This document shows positions 1 through 15,391 of a stretch of 64,000 nt of DNA, piece by piece. Every line of letters begins with the position of its first letter. Position 1 is the stretch's first letter. This DNA is from the human T2T-CHM13v2.0 reference genome, Homo sapiens. Under the pieces are notes generated by a model that did not search any database, had not been told where the DNA came from, and was given only the letters and a program-made list of their open reading frames with translations. The stretch lies in the NCBI RefSeq assembly GCF_009914755.1, contig NC_060931.1. The stretch is one strand, 5' to 3'. The position numbers and the translations under genes are program-made.

Positions 1-5
1 ACTAA

Positions 6-343
<338 letters not shown>

Positions 344-419
344 TCTTTTTTTAAACAAGTGGTTTTCGATTATTTATTACATCTTTGAACATATTTAGCA
401 AAGTGTGTATTTCCAAGTT

Positions 420-671
420 TTGTTTTGTTTTTTAACTTTCACTTTAGGTTCAGGGATACATGTGCAGATTTATTATATAGGTAAGCTCGTGTCATGGGGG
501 TTTGTGGTACAGATTATTTCATCACCCAGATACTAAGCCTAGTACCCAGTAGTTATTTTTTCTGACCCTCTTCGCTTTTCCACCCTCCATCCTCAAGTAG
601 CCCCCAGTGTCTGTTCTCCTTTGTCCATGTGTTCTCATCATCTAGCTCCTACTTATAAGTGAGAACATGCA
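420..671 (-). mobile_element. L1PA/PB 3' end fragment
   Basis: Reverse L1 3' UTR: GGGATACATGTGCAG...TATAAGTGAGAACATGC. Confidence 0.85.
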
Positions 672-939
672 TATATCCAAGTTTTAGCACTTCAGATTAA
701 GTATTGGTTTTACATTTTCATAAGAAAAAGGAGCAGCGACATATAAGGAATTCAAGTAACAAATCATATTATACTTGAGAGATTAGATCAGGTTTACATG
801 ACTAAAAATTGATGAACTCTATAGCTAATAAATATGCATGCAGTATGATGTAAAGTTTATCATATTTATCAAAATGTCAGCCATATTGGAGACTATAATG
901 TTTAATATTACTATATTTTAAGTCTTGAGTACCATGAAG

Positions 940-1900
940 TAGGAAAATATTTATAAACAGGACACAAAAAGCACTAACCATAAAAGAAAAAATATCAGCA
1001 AATTAGGCTTCAATGAAATTAAGAACACTTTTTCAAAAGACACTGTTAAAAAAAAGGAAAGTAAGTCACAAGCTATAAGATGTTTTAAGTAGAAAGATCT
1101 GATGAAGAACTCATTTAACAAAATAAGAATTGCAAAATATCAGTAAGACAAGACAAATTCCCCACTTAAAAAATGGGCAAAAAGTCTTGAAACAGGCCAG
1201 TAGTTCACAAAAGCAGATATCCAGATGGCAAAACAAATCGGAACGACAACAAAATATATGCAAAGGTATTTAAAATCTTTATTCTTCAGAAAACTGCAAA
1301 ATAATCCACATGAGATTATCACTATATAGCTGTATCAGATAGTTACAGATATCACTAGAATGACTAACCTGCAAAAGATAGACATTATGAAGTTTTGGTG
1401 AAGACATGAAGCAATGGGAACTTTTATACAAGCTGCTGAGGGTATGGATTAGTATAATAAGCACTTTGGAAAACTTTCTGGCAATATCTACTAGGGCAAG
1501 AGAAATCTACTCTATGATCCATTAATACACCCTTAGGATACATCCAAGAAAAAAGGGTGCATATGTTCATGAAAAGACATGTGTGAGAATGTTCAAAGAA
1601 GCTTTATTCATGATAGCAAAAACTGGAAAAACTCAAATATTCATCAATGGGCAAATGGATAAATAAATCATGGCATATGCATACAATGGAATGAATACAG
1701 GAATAAAAAGGGACAAATTACATGCAAAAACAGATGATCTCACAGGTACAAAGTTACGGAAATATATCTTGCTGGAAACATTTTATATCTTGCTTCTGGG
1801 TGGTGGTTATATGGATATATACACATGTAAAATTCATCAAACTATGCACTTCAGATTTTTGCATTATAATGAATGTATATCAATATAAAGTTTAAAAAAC
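940..1900 (+). mobile_element. Old L1M fragment (ORF2 end and 3' UTR)
   Basis: A-rich with AAAATGGGCAAAA and GCTTTATTCATGATAGCAAAAACTGGAAA motifs. Confidence 0.75.
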
Positions 1901-2227
1901 TCTGAGGGACATTAATCAAAGCTACACTAATTAAGTTACTTGAACATGTATGGCCTTCTGACCCAGCTGAGACATCTGAAAATGTGCTTCAACTTCACAG
2001 GAGAAATTATTCCAGATGGGTAGGAAATGGAGGGTGGAGAGGAATGGCATGTTTGGGGTGCCATCAGGAATGGCTGCTAGCATAACAACAGCCTTCTATC
2101 AAAATGTCCATTAGCATGGACCTAGAAGCAAAAGGCATGATCCATGCTAGTGGAAATGCTATTTAGTGCTCTACTGCTTTCAGATTGGCCCAGTGAGTTT
2201 CCCGAAGTGACCTTAGAAGAAAGGGCA

Positions 2228-2615
2228 TGTCTTAGTCTGTTTAGGCTGCTGTAACAAAAATACCATAGACTGTATGGTTTATAAACAACAGGTATTTATT
2301 GCTCACAGTTCTGGAAGCTGGGAAATCCAGCATCAAGTCACCAGCAGATTAAGTGTTTGGTAAAAGCTCACTTCCTGGTTCACAGATAGCCATCTTCTCG
2401 CTGCAACTTCACATAGCAGAAATCACAAGTGAGCTCCCTGCGATCTCTTTAGTAAGGGAATAGGGGCACTAATCCCATTGGCTCCATCTTCATAACCTAA
2501 TCACTTCCCAAAGTCCTCACTTCCAAATACCATCACACTGGGGAGTAAGTTTCAATATCCGAATTTGCTGGGGCGGGGGTGGTGAGACGGGGACACAAAC
2601 ATTCAGTCTACTGCA
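2228..2615 (-). mobile_element. MaLR solo LTR (MLT1A-like)
   Basis: TG...CA ends, MLT1 motifs, 5-bp TSD GGGCA on both sides. Confidence 0.85.
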
Positions 2616-2740
2616 GGGCATAAGGATTCTCAAAGGGTTATCAGAGGCAAGCTGATCCCTGAACACAGGAGCCCCAAATCTGGCACATCATCAAATTATC
2701 TAGGGAGCTGCTGGAGAAACACAGATTCTCAGACCTCGTT

Positions 2741-3155
2741 TGTTATTGGTTGGATTGTGTCCCATCAAAATTTACATGTTGAAATTTCAACACCAGAATC
2801 TCTTATTTGGAAGATTAAATTAACATAAGATCATTAAGGTGAGCACTAATCCAATATGACTAGTATCCTTATAAAAGGGGGAATCTGGATAAAGAGACAT
2901 GCACACAGGGAGACTGCTACGTGAAAATGAGGGCATAGGTAAGAGTGAGGCCTCTACCAGCCAAGGAATGCCAGAGGTTCCCAGGAAACTACCAGAAGCT
3001 AGGGAAGAGGCAGGGAATAGATTCCCTCTCACAGCCCTCCGATCCCTGCTGACATCCTTCATCTTGGATTTCCAGCCTCCAGAACTGTGAAACAAATTTC
3101 ACAAAGCAACCCAGTTTGTGATACTTTGTTACAGCAGCTCGAGAAAATTAATACA
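2741..3155 (+). mobile_element. MaLR solo LTR (MLT1B/C-like) inserted in a MER5-like remnant
   Basis: GGATTTCCAGCCTCCAGAACTGTGA and TTTGTTACAGCAGC...AATACA end; MER5-like sequence on both flanks. Confidence 0.8.
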
Positions 3156-4777
3156 CCACTCCCAGAAATTCCATTCATTAGAGCTGGGTTGTATCAGGAT
3201 TCTGAATCTTATAAAACTTTTTAGGTGATGCTCATAATTGAGCAAATTTGAATCCACTGTGATCTGATGTATGCCGCATTCAAATAGGTCCAGTAGTTGA
3301 AAAGAGTTTTTTTTAAAAATCCAGCAACATCTTCCTTTTCCTTAGATGCCAACGCTCAAGGATTCTTACAAGTTCTCCCGCTCCAGTAGTTTTGAGATCC
3401 CCAACTCTCTCCATAACAGGTTCAACCTATGTGGGCCTCAGTCACTATGGGCCCTTGAAACTGATTTTTTTTTTTTCTAATCATAAGCCAAATAAGTAAT
3501 CCAATGAATCTGAGTTGGCAAAAAAATTTTTTTTTTTGAATTGCTGCATGTGAGGAAAAAAGAGAAAGCCAACCTAAAAATCTTCGACTTACAGCACAAA
3601 AGCCGTAGGCTACATTATTTTCCTTATTTTAACTTTCCTGCTTCCTGGAGATTCTATGTCACAAAAATGACTTCTCTTATTTATTCTTAAATAAGAGTAG
3701 TGTAGAGACTCCCATTAGAGAGGGCTGAGTTGAAAACGTGTTGGGTATTTCATCACAGGGCTGAGAATCTGAGTCTGCTAACAGGCGGTTTTCCAGTTCA
3801 TTGGCACAGGCACAAGCGAAAGCAGCACATTCATTTTGTGCAATTTGCTTTACCTTCCCACTTGGAGTTGGTGCATGTAAAAGGCTGTTAAGTACTAAAT
3901 TATTCCTTATCAAATCACCATCATCTGGAGTCATGATCAACACTAATTAAATTACTTTCGTTGAACACGGCTCCAGCCTGCTGCCGAGGCTGCTAGGTAC
4001 TTTTCATTTCTCTTACAGTACCATCCTTGCTGAGTCTGGAACAGAGTTACAGGCATCTGCGTTGTTTGTAGTTTTAATTAAAGTGAATCTTTCCTTCTTC
4101 AAGTGTACCAAATCAAGTGAGTTGACTCCTTCATTTCATTTGCAAAGTGGTGGTTCAAAATGATATTATATTTTTTATCCCTGACTTCAGACAGGTCAGA
4201 TAATTTATCTAGAAAATCTGCAGTCTTCCTCTGGCATTCTTCAAACACATTTTCCATGGAAACTTTTATGATCCACAACTCCTCCGGACAATCAAATTTT
4301 TGGGAGGAAAGGCAGAAAGAACACTCAAGAGATGTGTCTTGCATTTTTTCTTTGATGGAAGCTTGACCTTTAAAACCACATCTTAAGGCTGACTAATGAT
4401 CACTTGAGTTCTTCTAATGGTTAAATTTAAGAGCTCCAAAATACCAAGACTTTAAAAAATGCACTTCCAAAATAAACTTAACCACTTCTTAATTCAGAAG
4501 TTTACTTGGGGTTATGGTATTCCTCATGAAGTGTTTGCTTAACTAGTAACTGTTTTCATTTTAGAACTATGAACTATGACACATCATTGCTTTCAATTTT
4601 TTCTACCTATATTTTAGAAAGAGGGCACAATCTTGTCATTATTATTCTACCAGAGGATAGAAATGCCCTGAGCTTTCTAAAAGCAACAATGCTGGTATAC
4701 AACTACAGCTTTGGTTGAGGGTAGATACATAATGTAAAATCACATTTGAACACTTGAAATATAAGGGGAGAATATGA

Positions 4778-5096
<319 letters not shown>

Positions 5097-6539
5097 GAGA
5101 ATATGAATTTAAGATTTGCTCATAGGAGAATAACTTCCCAAACAATCATAACATTGGGGCATTATTTGTATCCTTACATTGAAAACAGATAATGTTTGTT
5201 ACAACTGACTGGTTAATGTAAATCCAGAGAATGAACAATGAAATCTATGAATGATGTATGTTTTTGTTTATATTTTTACAGTGAAGATGATGGATGATGT
5301 CTTGTAAATTAAACAAAGATAATATGTTTAAGTGTTGACTTAACAAACTGGTTGAGTTTGGAATTCTAATAGAAAATACTAATTGTAATCCTAATAGAAA
5401 ACACTAACTATACAAAAAAAAAAAAAAAACAAACTCAAACACACATAATATTTAACCATTTTCAAAGAATTGTCCCATACTCTATTTGATTCTCATCAGT
5501 TAAGACAGGAACATATATAATAATTCCCATTTAACAGATCTTTTAAAAAGGCACAAAGAAGCTAAGCACCATGTCTGACTAAAGATCTAACACTAAGTCA
5601 TAACACATTAAGAATTAGAGCCCTGGGCTCAATCTTAAGGTTGTAATTGTTGAACTCTTGAGTATATAATTCAAATTGATTTATACACAGACACTCATTA
5701 TTTCCTTCATGCATGAGCACCACTATCACATTATATGAGATTTTTATTCATTCATTTCTTCAGCAATTAATTCATTAATTCATTTGTTAATTCATCTACC
5801 ATGCCCCAGACACTACGGCAGGTCCTGAGAGGGTGAAGGAATATGGAGCTATGGAATGAAGATAAATAGTAAGACACAGTCCTTATTATCAAGAGCTCAT
5901 GGAAGTCCAATTAGAGCTTTATTTGGTGTTTTAAAAATTCCCTAATAAAGACATTAGGCAGTATTCTTTAAGTTTGACTAATTCACGTGTGTCAGATACA
6001 TGTATCTGTATGTATGACCTTAGTACTATATTCTTGGCATGTGTATCTAAATAAAAACACTTCTCAGAGTATTCACGTTTGCTTTTAGGCAATCTGCCTT
6101 CTTTCAATTTATTACTGTGACCAAAGGCATTTAAAAATTCACACCACTCATATTCCACTGAAGGAAGAATGTTGCTATTCAACAGTTGAAGCTTCCCTTA
6201 TACTCTGATAACCAAAATGTCACAATGATGGAAAGGTCTCCTTCTATATGTGGACAGCGAAAGTAAATACAGTGATAAGTTGTCTTGGCTCTGACCTTTC
6301 ACTCTGCTTTCCTCCCAACTCTTGTCTTAAGAGTGAAATAGGGTTATCAGTTTCTGTGAGTAGCAAACAATTACCCTGGGAAGAGAAACACGTCATATTT
6401 TTAATTCTTCTCTAAACAGAAATAAAATCCATAGTTTTGGAGGAAGAGCCTTGAAGACAGTCTCTTTATTTTGAGGTTGCGTTTTCTGGTCTGTTCAAAA
6501 ATCATGTTTTAGAATAGTCTTCTGTATGCTGTTCTAGAA

Positions 6540-6763
6540 CAGAGGCTGGCAAATTACAGCTCATGGGCCACATCCGGCCTTCCACCTGTTTTTGTAAATG
6601 AAGCGTTAGTAGAACACTCTCCCACCCATTCATTTCGGTCTACTCTAGGGCTACTTTGAGCTACAATGGCCAAATGGAGTAGTTGTAACAGAAACCATAT
6701 GGCCCACAAAGCGTGAAATATTTACTATCTGACTCTTTACAGAGAAAAGTTTGCTGATTCCTG
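6540..6763 (+). mobile_element. MER58A-like hAT-Charlie DNA transposon
   Basis: CAG...CTG termini, 8-bp TSD TTCTAGAA/TTCCAGAA, typical internal sequence. Confidence 0.85.
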
Positions 6764-8919
6764 TTCCAGAATATAGTCTATAATAAAAAAAGGAGAAGGA
6801 AAACACCAAAGTGGCTGGATGGAAAGTGACACCTGCTAGTGACAGAGACAGCTCAACTAGTCAACAAAGGACACTTAATTTTAATCTCTTAACTCTTGGT
6901 TTACTCTGACTCTCAAAACCAAAAATGTGCAGCCTTGTGTAGCCAATTTTACAGCAATATACAGAAACTAGCTGATTAAAAAAATGACACAAAATTGAGA
7001 CTAAAACTACAAATTTATGTGCTTTGAGAAATTTCAAGGAATTTACTTAGATCAGGGTGATGATGTATAACATGGAGAATTTTTTGCACCTGTCTAAAAA
7101 ATATAACTGAAAAAGTCAAAACAAATCATAGTGTGGATACTAAAGTGCTTGTAAAAAAAAATTTCACTTGGCTATAGCAGTGATTTAAAAAAAAAAATCT
7201 CTGTAAAAGGGAGGGGAGAAGTAAATGGTATACATAAATTAGATATATTTAAGACCAGATACAAGCATGGCATGAAAAATGCACACAGCCTTTTATACAA
7301 ATATATGTAGTTAGGAATACACTCAGTAGATGAAAAGCATTCACTTTAAGTTAATATCACTTCAATTTCAGGTAATAAATGGATCGCAATGACCTCAATT
7401 AGTGCTCAGTTAAATTCTAGAAGCAAAGGGGAAGGCTTGAGTATAAATAAAGACAATGGTGTCACATGCTTTGTGAATCCATCTTCTAAGACACACAGAA
7501 GCAGAAGGCATTTTCAGCTGCATCTGAGGCTCTCAAAGATTCTTTCTAGTACATTTACCTCTTCCAAGCCCTCCCCACCCCCACTGTGTACATATACCAC
7601 TCACACATACACACACCAATATCCATTACTAAAGGGCCTAATCTCAGCCATCAGCAGAGTGCCTTTATGGGGCCATTAAACCATTTCTCTTGTTTACAGT
7701 GCCTGAAGAAAGATGTGAATTATGTCTGTGACAAAACAAGCGATAACATTTCTAAACTGCTATCAAAATGCAAACTGAAACACATTTAAGGACAGGGACC
7801 CTGATTCGAGTTTTCATGATTTTCCATTATTTGCAGCATCTGGAAATACATTCACCTATAATATTTCCGAGACAGGAATTTAGACCATAGCACAGCAAGT
7901 TGATATGTATTTTTTTCTTAAATAATATTCTTTAAGGAAAGCAGCCATTAAAACAAAAATGCCACCAAGTTTTAAAGGAGTATTGTCAGTCTGCAGAGAT
8001 CAGATACCCAGTCTGCCCCTGGAAGTTATTTCGGCAACACAGGGGAAAAGTTATGTGAACTCTCATCCCTTTTTAGGAACATCAGGGTTTTTAAACTGAA
8101 GCAGACATTAGATATGATTAAGGTTTCAGGATTGAGCCAGTGTTTGTTTTAGCTTCGGAGACCTTTGTACTAAAGGAATCACAATTGGAAGCCCAATGTG
8201 CAAAACAGATGAGAGTGGAGCTACCTTTATGGGGGAAGGCAAGCAGTCATCAATATGCCCCCACCTTGCTTCCTGAAGTAGATCCTTAGCACGTGCAAGG
8301 ATCTTCCTGGGCAGTTCAAAAATAAGTGCTGAGTCTCGAAACTCATTTCACAGAAGGGAGCATCAAACTTTTGTGAGTGTGTGTGTGTATGAGAGAGAGA
8401 GAGAGAGATCCCAAACTCCTACCAGTAACAGTAACTTCACACTCTCTTGCAGGGATCCCTGAGTAGTCTTGCCAGGGTGTACCTAAATGAAGGAGATACA
8501 GTTTGAAAAAGCCCCGGAAGTGATCAGGTGTCTACAGACTTGGAAACTAGACCTGAGGACAGACTGGTGGCCTTCGGATGAATGCTGCAGCCTCATAAGG
8601 CAGCTGTTTCTCAAAAGCAGACTTAAAAATTCAACTGTCTCTACATTGGAGAATACCATAACATCTTAATAGAAGAGAATGGGTAAGTATTCCAGATTGG
8701 GGTCCATCTTTCATCTTTTCAAAAAGTAGTGGGGATACCAAGATGTGGCCAACTCTCACTTTCAGAAGGTCACTTTCCCCCAGCCCTGATGATCTAACTC
8801 AGAGGTTGACAACATTTCTTTGTTTCAGAGTGGTTGCAAATAACCAATTAACTGTGATCATTTAAAAATCAGCTTCAAAATCTTCTGGTTTAGAAATCCA
8901 AACTGCTGGCTTCTCTAGG

Positions 8920-8920
<1 letters not shown>

Positions 8921-8973
<53 letters not shown>
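8921..8973. repeat. (CA)n microsatellite
   Basis: About 26 CA units. Confidence 0.98.
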
Positions 8974-8975
<2 letters not shown>

Positions 8976-9334
8976 ATCGAGCAATACTGGGTCCAATTTC
9001 CTGCTTGAAAAACAGGTCAGGAGTTGGCTGAGCCACTCTCAGCTGCCCCTTTGGCCAGGACCTGTGCTTTCCTATATGCCACAGTCCCACAGTCCCCACC
9101 ACTCCATTCCCCATACCACTTGGGCTAAGTTCACTTCACTCACTTATCAGCCTGCCTACCCCCTATTTAACACATAGATAAGAAATCATCATATGTACAA
9201 GTAAATGTGCATGTGCATGTTCTCTCTCTCTCACACACACATACACATCATCTCTAATTGGCAAAAATAAATATTATAAAACTTATGTCACACTCATGAG
9301 TTAAATACTCAAGTACCTGCTCACGGGCAATAAG

Positions 9335-9920
9335 ACATAGTGGCAAAGCTAGCAGGCACTTAAATCTGCCTAGTTCCAAATCTTGCCACTGCCACTTATT
9401 AACTATAAGACTGGGCAATCCACTTAACCTCTCTGTACTTCGGTTTTCTCATCTATAAAATGGGATAATAACAGCACCTGCCTCATAGAGTTTCCGATAG
9501 GACTAAGGGAGCCACACTACGTATAAAGTGTGTATTGAGTCCTTAATGATGTTAATTGTTGGTGTTATTATTCAAACCCAGAATCATCAAGTGTTACAGC
9601 CAAAAGAGAACATATAGATGACCCGGTCACATAAAAGCTGACTGGTTACGAACATGGAGACTAAATCTTGGCTTTGCCACTTACTAACTGAAGGACTTCT
9701 GGTAAGCTAGGTAACCTTTGTGTTACTCAGTTTCCCCTTTTGTAATATCAAATATTGTAATATCAAAATTATTAATTATAACATCAAATATTGTAAAGTC
9801 ACAAACCCCACAGAACTTCCTCATGGGATCTGTGTAAGAATTTAATGACGTAACACATAATGAGAACTTAATAGTAGCTGACATGTGGCAAGTACTCAGT
9901 AAATGTTTGTTACTACTAGT
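9335..9920 (+). mobile_element. Two MIR SINE remnants
   Basis: MIR core CTTAACCTCTCTGTACTTCGGTTTTCTCATCTATAAAATGGG; second degenerate copy at about 9650-9920. Confidence 0.7.
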
Positions 9921-12900
9921 ATTAGTCCAACCACTTCCTTATACAGAAGACAAACAGACTCAAGGATGTACACTGACTCGTAGAAACAGAGCTTCAAGCC
10001 ATCAGATGTTACTTCACTACTTTTTCTATTTAATCTTGTTTCCAATTTCTCTATCAGTCAACTACACACTAAGAGCAAAATAAATAAATAAATAAACATG
10101 GAAAACGTCAGTTAGGACAAGGTATCCCGACAGAAGGAAAAAGCGAAAGGTGTGGCCTGGAAGAAAGAACACTGGATTAGGAGTCGAGTAATCTCTACCC
10201 AGTTCCTACCCCAGCTAGCTGCATAATCATGGACTAACTGTGCAACCTCCCTGGGCTTCCATTCCTAATCTGCAAGCTGAAGCCATTAGGCCAAGTCATC
10301 TTTTTTATAGCTCTAAAATGTAATGCCTGCGTGTAAGTGCCTGCTTACTTACTGATGTAAGAGAGAAGAGGAAAATGGCAAAGGTCTGGTACAAGAATTC
10401 CAAGGGCATAACATTCTAAAGCCATTTACTAATAAGGGCACACACAGAGCTCTACAAGCCTCAATAATAACTGAGGGCATTTGCTGCATTTTAGCAAAGG
10501 GTGGCAACCAATGTTCATAATGGCAACCCTTAATCACCATGAAAAAGCAAAATTGGGTGTAAGTACTATATTTAAGAAGGGAGGGAGGGTACATAATGCA
10601 CGTTAGAAAGAGGTACATGTAATACGGTTAACATATTAAAACACTTGATGCTTTAAAATTTGACTACGGGGACCCCCCACTTTTCAGTAGGGGACCTCCC
10701 ACATTTCAGTGGGACAGGGACCTCCCACATTTCAGTAGGAAATGTGGGAAAGTAAGATGTTAGTATATTAATAAAGAAAAGGTAGAACTGAAAGACAAAG
10801 TTAGATTCCTAATTTTAAAAGCATCACAAGCGTCATTAATTGCAAAATAAAGAGACCAAATGCAGAATATGTTGATTCATTCCTCTAAATTTTAAAGCCC
10901 AAACTTAATATAATGGTACTTCAGCAGTAGTGGTACTAAATGATCCTCATCTTCACAGTCTAATTGCCAGGAGAAAGTGCCCTGGGAGGAAACTGGTTCT
11001 TCCATCTGGAAAAAGGATAAGAACAGGGAAAGGAAGGCCTAATGTATGAACAATCCAAATCTAATCAGTTTTGCATTTTGCACTGGCTTCAAATCAGATC
11101 GTCCTACCCCTACTGGTCCAGTAGATGGAAAGCAGCACGACACTATTTTTTTGGAAACAAATTCTGTACAGGGAGCCCAAACATACAGTACTTCATATCC
11201 AACTGGCAGGAATAAAACCTGAACAAGCTGGAGCTATTTGAGAAACAGATCTAATAAATTGAAATGAAGTGCCTGAATCAAGATACCCATCCAAATCCAC
11301 ACCTCTCAAAATTTGCTATACTTAATAAATTACCTAATTATGACCTTTATGAATATTGAAACACCTCTTCTACAGAAATTGTCCCACTTTGCTGTAATAG
11401 GGACACTCTTTAAGCCCTGCAAAGTTCCAAAAATAAAAATCTCTTCTCTGCCTAGTAATTCTGTAGTTTGTTTCAAATAATGGACAATACATATTTAGAA
11501 GAGACTGGGAAGTGTTTGTTATTATTCGTAGCTGAGTAGGAGCTGGAAGATCCCAGCACTTCCGGGTGTTTCTCAGGCCAGGATGAAGTACTGAGGAATG
11601 CTACGGCAGATGGGCCTGCAGAATGTGCAGACACCAGAGGTGCTTTGTCCTGGCTACTGAGTGACTATGAAGACAGGTTCTTCCCATAAGAACATTTTTA
11701 AAAAAAAAAAAAAAGAAAGAAAAAGGTGGGCTTCCTTCTACCCTGCATCCCCCACACCTCCACCAGGATGCCAGAACAAATTCCACAGTGCTGTCCTCTG
11801 TAGGCAATCTGTATAGATCTCTAACAAATAGTTTAGAACAAAGTGGTAAATATATTCCTTGAAATCCAGTGCTACAAAAAAGAAAGCAGATCATAAACAG
11901 ACGATAGTGGATGAAGATGTAGCATCTCAAGATGGCTTATTCAGAAGTAAATGATAAATATGATCTTTAATTTTCCTTTTTTATTAAATCACAAACACAG
12001 GAGCTCCACCTTAAGATTTTACATTAGTTATTTTATCAATGCGCCATAGTAACATACAAAACAAAATTAATATTGCATTGCCATAGAAGACTACCAAATA
12101 CTAATATGCCTGTCATGGCTTTGAAATAATAACTACTAAAAAGGCATTTCTAAGATTTGTAAGTATTACTCACTAACAACAAGTAGTCCAATAAATGTAT
12201 TAACATGAAATAAAATAAAATCATTTTCTCCAGCAGTATTTTAAAGGCAATAAAATAAGTAATCAGTGATGCAAATACTTGCTTAAATGAATTTATTACT
12301 GTGGGCTTCAGAACCAGAGCAGTATAATTCTAAATTTAGAATTCATCTCACACGGATTAGCATGATCTAAACAATTCTTCAAATAAGCCCAGAGGTAAGA
12401 GCAATGGTACATGGCTTACAAAGTGGAGAAGGCCAACACCAAGACGACTAAAACTCCACATCTATACAACATACTCATGAATCTAGGGAAATACTATTAT
12501 CGTTCCATTCTTCAAATGTTTGTGCATTACCTGTTTAATATTTAGCTCCTGGAAAGGATCTTTCAATCTCAGTTTGGTGATCCTATATTGTTTGAAAAAT
12601 TTTATTCTCTTTTGAGTTATTGAATCCTCACTTTTGATACATCATTTCACATACTTTTCTTCCAGTTTGTATGTAAAAAGGATCTGTAGTTTGAATGGTC
12701 TTAAATTGACTATTTTAGCACCAAAATGACATGCTGGAAACAACCCTCAATGCTTGAAGTACACCTGCAGCATTCTGATGTCACTCTACTGAAGACATGA
12801 TTGAGATCAATTCAGACATCACTAGTCACTTGGCTCCTTGTTCAAAACAACCCCATTGGTAGACAATCAAAGCTGAAAATATGTTCTGAATACCAGAGCT

Positions 12901-15050
12901 AGGAAAGTTTGCCCAAAAAAAGAAAGCCAGCTGGCTAGGGCCAAAAAAAGTACCTTTCAGTAAATGCCAATAAAACTTTACAGGCTGCCAAAATAACAAA
13001 GATAGAGTAATTACAAAGGAAACTTCACAATTTTCCTGACAATAAACACCTTCTTAAAACGAAATTTTCTGTCACCTGGTCTCAATTGTTACAGCTGTTA
13101 ATACTGGCTGGGGTAAATCTTGCAAAAACATTTTATTTGAACCAACTACTAATTTGGCACAACATTTTTATAATTTTTACCCCAAAATAAATTTGAAAAT
13201 GTTCTTTAAAAATCCCTTCTGATATTTAATTCAATGTATATTGAAGGAGTTTCCATGAGGAACTGCCACTCTTACAGAAAAGCTTCTACCGAAAGTATTT
13301 CACCCAACTTGAAAATTTTTCATTTAACTGTATGAGATTAAGAATCCCCCCTCAAAATAAGGGGAGATGTATGACATACAAAAGTAAAGACTGTGATTGG
13401 GCAGGGCCACTTTTTTTTAAAGCAGTCAAGTCCTTTTTTAATTTCTTAACAATAAAATAAATATTAACTTAAAAACATTTACAGCACAAGAGCTACATCA
13501 GAATAATGAACTCTAAGAGTCTCTGCTGACACAAACCCAGCCATTGCCAATACAACAAGAAGCAAACAAGCCAAATGCTGACAAGGAAAGCCAAGCAAGA
13601 AAGCCTTGGATAGACTTAACGGTGGCCATGAAATACACAGTGAGGAGACACTGTGTAAGACACCTATGTAAGAAACTAATTTGAATACCTCTTTAAATAC
13701 TTTGCAAGTATTGTAGGAACTAAATGTATTGGATCAGTGAATGCACAGATCACATTTCCATACCTAGAGGATGTACTCCCAAGAAAACTATTATTGGAAT
13801 GAAGAATTTTTGAATTATATTAGCATATTATGAGTAATTTTTGTGATTTCTTAAAACACTCATTTTTTTCTACAAGAACACATCTCTAATTTTTCATCGG
13901 GATCCATTTGGGAGTTCTGAATCACAAATGAACCAAGCCAAATTACAGTATTTCATAAGGAGTTTAAGAGATTACTCTTGTCCACCTGCACAGTCTTTAA
14001 AATGAACAGTTACTGAGAAGTGCTGTAATCATAGATATGCAGCTTGTTAAATCTGATTTCAATACCAATACCCCGCATGCAGTTTATATTAAGTCATATT
14101 TATACCAAATTACAATTACATTTGACTTAGTTGATATGATCTAGTGATAAAGAAATATTACAATAGCCGAAAATATAAAATCAAGTATTATACAAGTATT
14201 CACTAATTACATACACTTGTAACCTAAGAAATGTTCTTAATTTTCACCCTATTTATAATAATCCAGAAGGCCTTCTTAAATGTTCGTTAAATTCTTGTTA
14301 CACTTTATAGAGTTGTTGATACAACCTCCCAGCTGCTAGTTCACAGGATTTTTTTTTTTATCGGCTCTAGAGTCTCCCTATTACACTATTCCAGGAGTGT
14401 ACCCTTAAGGCTATATTACAGGAGAGAACTCCATATAATAAGATCATTTCCATCCTTCAGGAACCAAGCCTTGTCTGATGGGAACCAAGATAGTTCACCT
14501 GTTACTAAATTTGCCTCCATAGCAATAGTGTCATGGCAACATTCCAATGTATATTTTTTACTTTGACTTGCTAACTGCAAATAAGGGGAAATTAGATTAC
14601 TACATTAAGCATAAAATGTAGAGCGTAACTAGGTAGCAGTGGTGTACAGGTGTTATTGGAAATAGAAAATCTCAGCATGGAAGCAATAATACTTGAACAT
14701 TACAAATCTTTTTACTTCTATCTTGGGCAGAGCATTTTGTAGAAACATCAAAATACATATCAAATCATACTAATCCTTGCACAATGCAAGTCTTTATGTT
14801 ATACATAATATACAGTATACAGAGGCACTACATAGGAAACAAACTCTGCGTTTGATTTTATTGTCACATAAATTTCATTTAAGTAAATATCAGTTACTAA
14901 TTTCTGTGGATTAATAAAATTTTTAAAAGACTCCAAGAAAAATTGCAAAATGTCAAAAAAATTAAGATGTGATTATTAAGGTGGCTATTATTAAATGAGG
15001 AGGTATATCCAAATACTCAAGTGTTCTAATGTTTAACTGCCTTTTTTTAA

Positions 15051-15391
<341 letters not shown>

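Noticed and set aside
6530-6541. TGTTCTAGAACA palindrome resembling androgen response half-sites
   Set aside because: Wrong orientation and spacing for an ARE; it is the hAT target site plus transposon end
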